IMG/VR virus record: IMGVR_UViG_3300037467_001683
Span: 1 to 28,155 of that record
DNA: 28,155 bases
Origin: a virus
Lineage: Duplodnaviria; Caudoviricetes
Direction: 5' to 3' (one strand)
The notes under the pieces are model-generated. The model was not told the origin of the DNA, searched no databases, and saw only the letters and a list, made by a program, of their open reading frames with translations. Made by a program: the position numbers and the translations under genes. This document shows, piece by piece, positions 23,087 to 28,155 of the stretch (the stretch's first letter is position 1; every line of letters begins with the position of its first letter).

Positions 23087-24592
23087 ATGAGCAACAACAT
23101 CCCCGCCGTCGGCGACCGCGTGCGCTTCGTCGTGAAGTACGGCAAGGCCCTTCCCGGCGACCTCGGAACGGTCAAGGCCACGAGCCCCTCCGCCGTCGAG
23201 CGCGAGCGCGTCCTCACCTTCGTGACGCTCGACAAGGGCGGCGAGGAGGCGTGCTTCGACTCCCGCCTTCAGGTCGTCAGCCCGAAGGTCGGCGACCGCG
23301 TGGAGGTCACCTCGCGGGAGTTCTACTCGCGCTACTCGGGCCTCACGAAGGGCATCGACTACACCGGCAAGCGCGGCACGGTCATCGAGACGAACGCGGG
23401 TAGCGCCGGGAAGAACGTCCGCGTCGCCTTCGAGGGCGAGGGGCGCCGCGACGACATCGTGGCCCCGACCTCCGTCCGCATCCTCGACACCGTGCTGGAG
23501 CCCGTGGCCCTGCCCGTCGAGGTCGGGGGCCGCTACGTGGTCGAGTCGCCGGTCTTCCACCGCCCCGGGGGCGCCTTCGGCGACCACTCGCTCCTCGTCG
23601 GCACGGACCGCCCGAAGGTCGGCGACATCGTGACCATCTCCCGCGCCGACACGTGGCTCGGCGACCACGAGACGACGACGGGATGGCGCATCGCTCCCGA
23701 GGGCCTCGTCCCGGCGCCGAAGTTCCTCCCGGGCGACCGCGTGGTGGTCGGGACGCGCTACGTCGGCACCTACCGCAGGGCGGGCAACGTCGGGACGGTC
23801 GTCCCTCTGGCCGAGGCGACGAACGGCTCGCGCAGGCTCGACCACGCCGTCCTCCTCGACTCCGACGGCGGCAAGGTGTGGACGTACGCCGAGGAAGACC
23901 TCGCCCTCTACGTCGAGCCCGTGGTCGAGGAGGCCCCGGTCGAGCCCGTCGTCTTCAAGGTCGGCGACCGCGTTCGCATCGTGAAGAACATCCTCCCGTC
24001 GGGCAAGCCCGGGAACCTCGGCGAGTCCATCGTCGGCGAGGAGCACGAGGTCCGGTCGGTCGGCGAGGACCGCGGGCAGGCGTACGTCAACGCCGGATGG
24101 CGCCTCGCGCCGGAGTCCTTCGAGAAGATCGAGGCCGAGCCCGTGGTCGAGGAGGCCCCGGAGTTCGCCGTCGGCGACCTCGTGATCGTCGGCGAGGACT
24201 TCACGGGCTCGGACAAGTACGCGGGCCGCATCGGCACCGTGACCGACCCCGCGGACCACGAGGGCGACTACTCCGTGGAGTTCGACTCGGCGAGCGAGTG
24301 GTCCTACTTCAAGGCGTCGAGCCTGACGAAGGCCCCGCAGGTCAAGGGCGCGACGCCCTCGCTCGTGATCTTCGACGAGACCGCGCTCTGGCAGGCGGGC
24401 GACTACTCCATCCCGCAGCGCTTCGTGGCGGGCGTCGCCGAGGTGAAGCCCGAGGACTACGCCCTCCGCCTGGAGGTCTCGGCGAAGGCCGCGCGCATCC
24501 TCCGCGAGGCGGGCTACACGCGGAACGTCCTCGGCTCGGACGTGGCCGCGCTCGCCGAGTTCCTCCTCGGCATGGACAAGCGCTCCTCGTGA
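23087..24592 (+). CDS. Tandem SH3/KOW-like module protein
   Basis: About seven (K/A)VGD(R)V-type starts (AVGDRVRF, KVGDRVEV, EVGGRYVV, KVGDIVTI, LPGDRVVV, KVGDRVRI, AVGDLVIV); EPVVEEAP linkers; C-terminal DVAALAEFL helix. Confidence 0.8.
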   Translation: MSNNIPAVGDRVRFVVKYGKALPGDLGTVKATSPSAVERERVLTFVTLDKGGEEACFDSRLQVVSPKVGDRVEVTSREFYSRYSGLTKGIDYTGKRGTVIETNAGSAGKNVRVAFEGEGRRDDIVAPTSVRILDTVLEPVALPVEVGGRYVVESPVFHRPGGAFGDHSLLVGTDRPKVGDIVTISRADTWLGDHETTTGWRIAPEGLVPAPKFLPGDRVVVGTRYVGTYRRAGNVGTVVPLAEATNGSRRLDHAVLLDSDGGKVWTYAEEDLALYVEPVVEEAPVEPVVFKVGDRVRIVKNILPSGKPGNLGESIVGEEHEVRSVGEDRGQAYVNAGWRLAPESFEKIEAEPVVEEAPEFAVGDLVIVGEDFTGSDKYAGRIGTVTDPADHEGDYSVEFDSASEWSYFKASSLTKAPQVKGATPSLVIFDETALWQAGDYSIPQRFVAGVAEVKPEDYALRLEVSAKAARILREAGYTRNVLGSDVAALAEFLLGMDKRSS

Positions 24593-24819
24593 CGCTGGAG
24601 GACCGCCTCCGCGCCTCTCTGGCGACTCGTCATCCCGACGACGACCCGGAGGGCGTGGAGGCGCTCCTCGGCGCCGCGCTCGCACGTCGGCGGGCGTGGT
24701 CCCGGGGCGTGACGAAGACGTGCTCCTCGTGCGGCGAGGCGAAGCCCTCGTCCGCGTTCCATCTCGACTCCCGCGAGCCCGACGGCACGCGGCGAGTGTG
24801 TCGGTCGTGCCGTGCGTGA
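24589..24819 (+). CDS. Zinc-finger protein (HNH/endonuclease VII N-terminal-like)
   Basis: KTCSSCGEAKPSSAFH.D.R.PDG...VCRSC; GTGA overlap; no nuclease domain follows. Confidence 0.72.
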   Translation: MTLEDRLRASLATRHPDDDPEGVEALLGAALARRRAWSRGVTKTCSSCGEAKPSSAFHLDSREPDGTRRVCRSCRA

Positions 24820-24845
24820 GCATCCGGCGTGACCTCGGCCCATTC
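24817..24845 (+). promoter_or_regulatory. Class II promoter variant, probable late promoter
   Basis: TGAGCA-N14-GGCCCATTC with a different downstream sequence (TCTTAGTAG); last such site before HNH and terminase. Confidence 0.72.
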
Positions 24846-24911
24846 TCTTAGTAGAGAGGGCCCCTGCCCGTTCCTCGCGCACTGACTCGCGGAGGACGAG
24901 GGGCCCTCCAA

Positions 24912-24984
24912 CGGGACAGAACGCGCAGGGTGCGCGAGCGGTTCGCTACCGCTATCGAGGTTCGACTCCTCCTGACCCGGCCCA
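24912..24984 (+). ncRNA. tRNA-like cloverleaf (non-canonical; nominal anticodon CGC)
   Basis: Acceptor CGGGACAG/CTGACCCG, D-like arm CGCGC/GCGCG, anticodon arm AGCGG-TTCGCTA-CCGCT, T arm GAGG-TTCGACT-CCTC, then GCCCA. Confidence 0.55.
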
Positions 24985-25059
24985 TCGTGTAAACGCGCCC
25001 CGTCTCTCTCCCGGACGGATGTATCGGCGGCAGCCCCTCGTGGGCTTGCAGGGAGGTCC

Positions 25060-25130
25060 AGCCCGCCCCCGCTCCGTTCTCCCGCGTCCTCCTCTCCGCG
25101 GTCGAGAGCGTCGAGCAGGGGCGGGCTTTG
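25060..25130 (+). terminator. Long rod hairpin, terminator-like
   Basis: AGCCCGCCCC (25060-25069) pairs with GGGGCGGGCT (25118-25127), with nested inner stems, then TTG. Confidence 0.55.
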
Positions 25131-25177
25131 TCGTACCCGCGGGCCGACTCGCGGCTCGCCGATGCAAGGAACCCTCC

Positions 25178-25453
25178 ATGTCCTACAACACGCAAGCCGC
25201 GCTCGCCGTGGACACTGACCTCCGTAACCGCGTCGCCGCGTGCGCCGCCACGCAGGGCGTCCCGTCGCCGGTCCAGTGGGCCGACGCGCACCTCTGGAGT
25301 CTGTCCGGCGCCCCGGGCTGGGATGACGCCTACGCCTACGCGCTCGGCACGAACGTCCCGCGTCCCGGTCAGCACGAGGGCGTCATCACGGATGGCATGA
25401 TCCTCGCCGCGGTCCAGCCGCTCATCCCGAAGAACGCCTCCTCGGGACCGTGA
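25178..25453 (+). CDS. Phage hypothetical protein
   Basis: AAGGA RBS; MSY..QA.LA.D..L..RVAACAA...PGWDDAY..A...VITDGMILAAVQ. Confidence 0.78.
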   Translation: MSYNTQAALAVDTDLRNRVAACAATQGVPSPVQWADAHLWSLSGAPGWDDAYAYALGTNVPRPGQHEGVITDGMILAAVQPLIPKNASSGP

Positions 25454-25605
25454 GCGCGACGCCGGAACTCTTGCGCCTCCGCGCTCTCCGGCGCGACTCA
25501 TACCGATGCCAGAGACGCGAGGCGAACGGTAGGCCCTGCCTTCGGCGCACGGGCTCCACCTCGACGCACGAGGGCGAGCACATCGCCGACTGTGGGAGGC
25601 ACTGA
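25450..25605 (+). CDS. Degenerate HNH-like zinc-binding microprotein
   Basis: GTGA overlap; LRALRRDSYRCQ...C...DCGRH; 51 aa; lacks the DH catalytic motif. Confidence 0.45.
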   Translation: MSATPELLRLRALRRDSYRCQRREANGRPCLRRTGSTSTHEGEHIADCGRH

Positions 25606-25608
25606 CTC

Positions 25609-25941
25609 ATGACTTGGCACCGCCGCCCGTCCCGCCTGTCGAGGGCGCAGAAGGACCGCATCCTCCGGGCGCACGGCGGCGTGTGCCACGTGTGCGGGCA
25701 CCCCGGGGCCACGCAGGTAGACCACGTGCTGAACGTGGCAGCGTGGCTCCGGCGTCGGCTTCCCGGCGACCCGGACCACCCGGACAACCTGGCCCCTATC
25801 CACGGCACGCCGGACGGTAGGGACGGACACTGTGCCACGTGCGGCGAGGCGTGCCACTTCGTCAAGACGCAGCGCGAGGCGAACGCAGGACGCAGGCGCA
25901 AGGCACGAGAGGACGAGGCGCACCCCGGCTCGCTCACGTAG
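25609..25941 (+). CDS. HNH endonuclease (terminase-associated)
   Basis: CHVCGHPGATQVDHV...NLAPIH...CHFVKT; located immediately before the cos/terminase region. Confidence 0.88.
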   Translation: MTWHRRPSRLSRAQKDRILRAHGGVCHVCGHPGATQVDHVLNVAAWLRRRLPGDPDHPDNLAPIHGTPDGRDGHCATCGEACHFVKTQREANAGRRRKAREDEAHPGSLT

Positions 25942-26175
25942 GAACGTGAGACCACACTCCCTCGTCTCACTCACGCATGAAGCAAGCATCACTCATTGAG
26001 TGATCGAGCGCGCATCGCATGACTCACGCGCTCGTGTGGCCTGCGCTCGTGCTCGACGCTCGCGTGACGACGCCGCGAGCCGCCCTGGGGGCCACTCCCC
26101 CCTCCCCCGCCCCTCAGTGGCGCGGTGTCTATAGCACCTCGCCATGCGTGCGGACTTTTCGCCCGTTTTTTCGAC
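25942..26175. other. Probable cos/packaging region
   Basis: Non-coding gap between HNH and terS; clustered CTCAC/CTCGTG motifs, palindrome ATCACTCA-T-TGAGTGAT (25988-26004), GGGGG-CCACT-CCCCC at 26087-26101, T-tracts. Confidence 0.55.
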
Positions 26176-26303
26176 CCCTTCGAGCGCCCGCTCGCACCAC
26201 GGCAGAACGCGCACGACGCACCCCGCTCTCGTAGAGGCACCCGAGGCAGGCATCGGGGCTCGTGGGAGGGCGCCCTCATCCGACCGCCCGAGAGGAGGCC
26301 GAC

Positions 26304-26693
26304 ATGTCCGCCGCTCCCCGCCGCTCCATGCCCGCCGACCTCGGCGCCGCTGGCCGCGAACTCTGGACCGCCATCGCAGGCAAGGACGACGCCCCGGCGC
26401 CGTACGTCCTGCGCCCGGACGAGTTCGCCGTGCTGGAGGACGCCGCGCGGACCTCGGACATGATCGACGCCCTTGCCGAGGCGTGGGCCGAGATGGACCG
26501 CCCGATGACGGCGAAGGGCTCGATGGGGCAGGCCGTCATCCACCCTCTCGTCGCGGAACTCCGCACGTACCGCGCCGCTCGTGCCGCGCTCCTGAAGCAA
26601 CTCCGCCTCCCCGAGGAGGCTTCGCCCGCCGCGTCCGGCGCGGACCCCGGCGACGCCGCTCGGAAGGCAGCCGCCGCCCGCTGGGCGAAGTGA
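26304..26693 (+). CDS. terS: Terminase small subunit
   Basis: PADLGAAGRELW...LRPDE..VLEDAARTSD...KGSMGQAVIHPLVAELR..R...A.LLKQL.LP...AAAARW. Confidence 0.88.
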   Translation: MSAAPRRSMPADLGAAGRELWTAIAGKDDAPAPYVLRPDEFAVLEDAARTSDMIDALAEAWAEMDRPMTAKGSMGQAVIHPLVAELRTYRAARAALLKQLRLPEEASPAASGADPGDAARKAAAARWAK

Positions 26694-28155
26694 TGGCGCG
26701 GTCACTCTCCGTCGTGACGACGGACATCGACCCCTTCACGCGCGCCGAGATGGACGCCGCGGAGGAGTTCTACCGCGCCCGCGCCTACGCGAAGGTCGAG
26801 CCCCGCGAACTCCCGTACCCGCCCGTCTTCCTCGGCCCTACGTGGCAGATGGACGGCGACCACTGGCACCTCCCCGAGCGGACGCTCGGCTGGCAGATGC
26901 TCGCCTGGACTGGCGCGTACCTCCAGAAGAACCGCGAGACGCCGTGGGTGTGGACCGAGGAGCAGGCCCGCTTCCTCCTGTGGTGGTACGCCGTGAACGA
27001 GTCCGGCGAGTTCCTCTACTCGGACGGCGTATTCCAAAGGCTGAAGGGCCACGGCAAAGACCCGCTCGGCGCAGGCATCGCGACGTTTGAACTCGCGGGC
27101 CCGTGCCGCGTCGGCGACATGGTGGACGGGCAGCCCGTGGGCGAGCCCGCCGCCGAGCCGTGGGTGCAGGTCGCCGCCGTCTCGCTGGAGCAGACGAAGA
27201 ACACGATGCGCCTCCTCCCGCGCCTCATCTCGGACCGCGCGAAGGCCGACTTCGACCTCGTGGTCCAGAAGGAAACCGTCCACGGTCTCCACGGGCAGGC
27301 CCTCATGCAGGCGGTCACCTCGTCGCCGACGACGCTCGAAGGCGCCCGCGCCTCGTTCGTCCTCCTGAACGAGACGCACCACTGGCTCTCGAACAACTCC
27401 GGGCACGAGATGGCCGACGTGATCGAGCGAAACGCCTCGAAGTCTGAGGGCGGCGCCGCGCGCTCCCTCCGCATCACGAACGCCTACGAGCCCGGTCACG
27501 ACTCCGTGGCCGAGCGTGACCGCGAGCAGGCCGAGGCCGTCCTCGATGGCCGCGCCGTGGACGCCGGTCTCCTCTACGACTCCCTCGAAGCGCCCCCGAA
27601 CGCGCCCCTCACGCTGGAGGCCGCGCCGGACGTAATCGCCTCTGTCCGCGGGGATTCCGTGTGGCTGAACGTGAAGCGAATCGCGAAGTCCATCGCCGAC
27701 CGACGCAACCCGCCGTCCCGCTCCCGGCGATTCTGGTACAACCAGATCGTCGCCGCCGAGGACGCATGGGTGCACCCGCAGAAGTTCGACGCGCTCGGCG
27801 TCCGTGAGGAACTCGCCTCGGGCGAGACCATCCTCGTGTTCTTCGACGGCTCGAAGTCCGACGACGCGACCGCGCTCGTCGCGTGCCGCGCGAAGGACGG
27901 GAAGGTCTTCCAACTCGGCGTCTGGCAGAAGCCTCCGGGCTACGACGAGAAGGCGATGGGCCCGTGGCGCGTGGACCGCGCGAGTGTAAACGCCCGCGTC
28001 GCCGAGGTCTTCGACCTCTACCGCCCGCTCGCGTTCTTCGCTGACCCGTCCGACACCCGCGACGACGAGAGCGGCGAGCGCTATTGGGAGGCCCTCGTGG
28101 ACGAGTGGCACCGCCTCTACAAACGCCGCCTGAAGTTGTGGGCGACGAAGACCGG
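26693..28155 (+). CDS. terL: Terminase large subunit (3' partial)
   Basis: TGATG overlap; TLGWQML.W, WTEEQARFLLWWYAV, Walker A RLKGHGKD, AAVSLEQT, Walker B FVLLNETHHW, ITNAYEPG, nuclease FFDGSKSDDAT; no stop before the window end, so absent from the ORF track. Confidence 0.93.
   Translation, partial: MARSLSVVTTDIDPFTRAEMDAAEEFYRARAYAKVEPRELPYPPVFLGPTWQMDGDHWHLPERTLGWQMLAWTGAYLQKNRETPWVWTEEQARFLLWWYAVNESGEFLYSDGVFQRLKGHGKDPLGAGIATFELAGPCRVGDMVDGQPVGEPAAEPWVQVAAVSLEQTKNTMRLLPRLISDRAKADFDLVVQKETVHGLHGQALMQAVTSSPTTLEGARASFVLLNETHHWLSNNSGHEMADVIERNASKSEGGAARSLRITNAYEPGHDSVAERDREQAEAVLDGRAVDAGLLYDSLEAPPNAPLTLEAAPDVIASVRGDSVWLNVKRIAKSIADRRNPPSRSRRFWYNQIVAAEDAWVHPQKFDALGVREELASGETILVFFDGSKSDDATALVACRAKDGKVFQLGVWQKPPGYDEKAMGPWRVDRASVNARVAEVFDLYRPLAFFADPSDTRDDESGERYWEALVDEWHRLYKRRLKLWATKT

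Noticed and set aside
24912-24984. Canonical tRNA-Ala(CGC) gene
   Set aside because: D arm, U8, purine 37, 5-bp T stem and CCA spacing are all non-standard; kept only as a tRNA-like element

Overview
A GC-rich (about 70% by eye) segment of a temperate actinobacterial siphophage with phiC31-like / Arthrobacter cluster-AZ-like gene order. Almost all genes are on the + strand. In order: end of the lysis/membrane cassette; nucleotide metabolism (dNMP kinase, class II RNR); a phiC31-c-like repressor candidate; Cas4-like exonuclease, LAGLIDADG protein, gp3-like recombination directionality factor and Holliday junction resolvase; primase-helicase and family A DNA polymerase; a phage sigma factor; an array of small accessory cassettes; a large serine integrase; more cassettes; a structured tRNA-like leader; HNH, a probable cos region, and small and large terminase (running off the end). 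The non-coding architecture is the most notable part. (1) Two 114-bp, 94%-identical nested palindromes bracket the 20.9-kb early region in direct orientation. (2) Eight TGAGCA-N13/14-GGCCCATTC promoters probably serve the phage sigma factor. (3) Six host-type TTGC-N18-TAC promoters overlap a 21-bp operator-like motif whose core GTTTACAC occurs 15 times, including inside ORFs. (4) The cassette 5' leaders place the Shine-Dalgarno AGAGGA in the loop of a covarying stem, and one cassette encodes a RelE-like/DUF4258-type protein. All product calls come from motif recognition and synteny; no database search was run.
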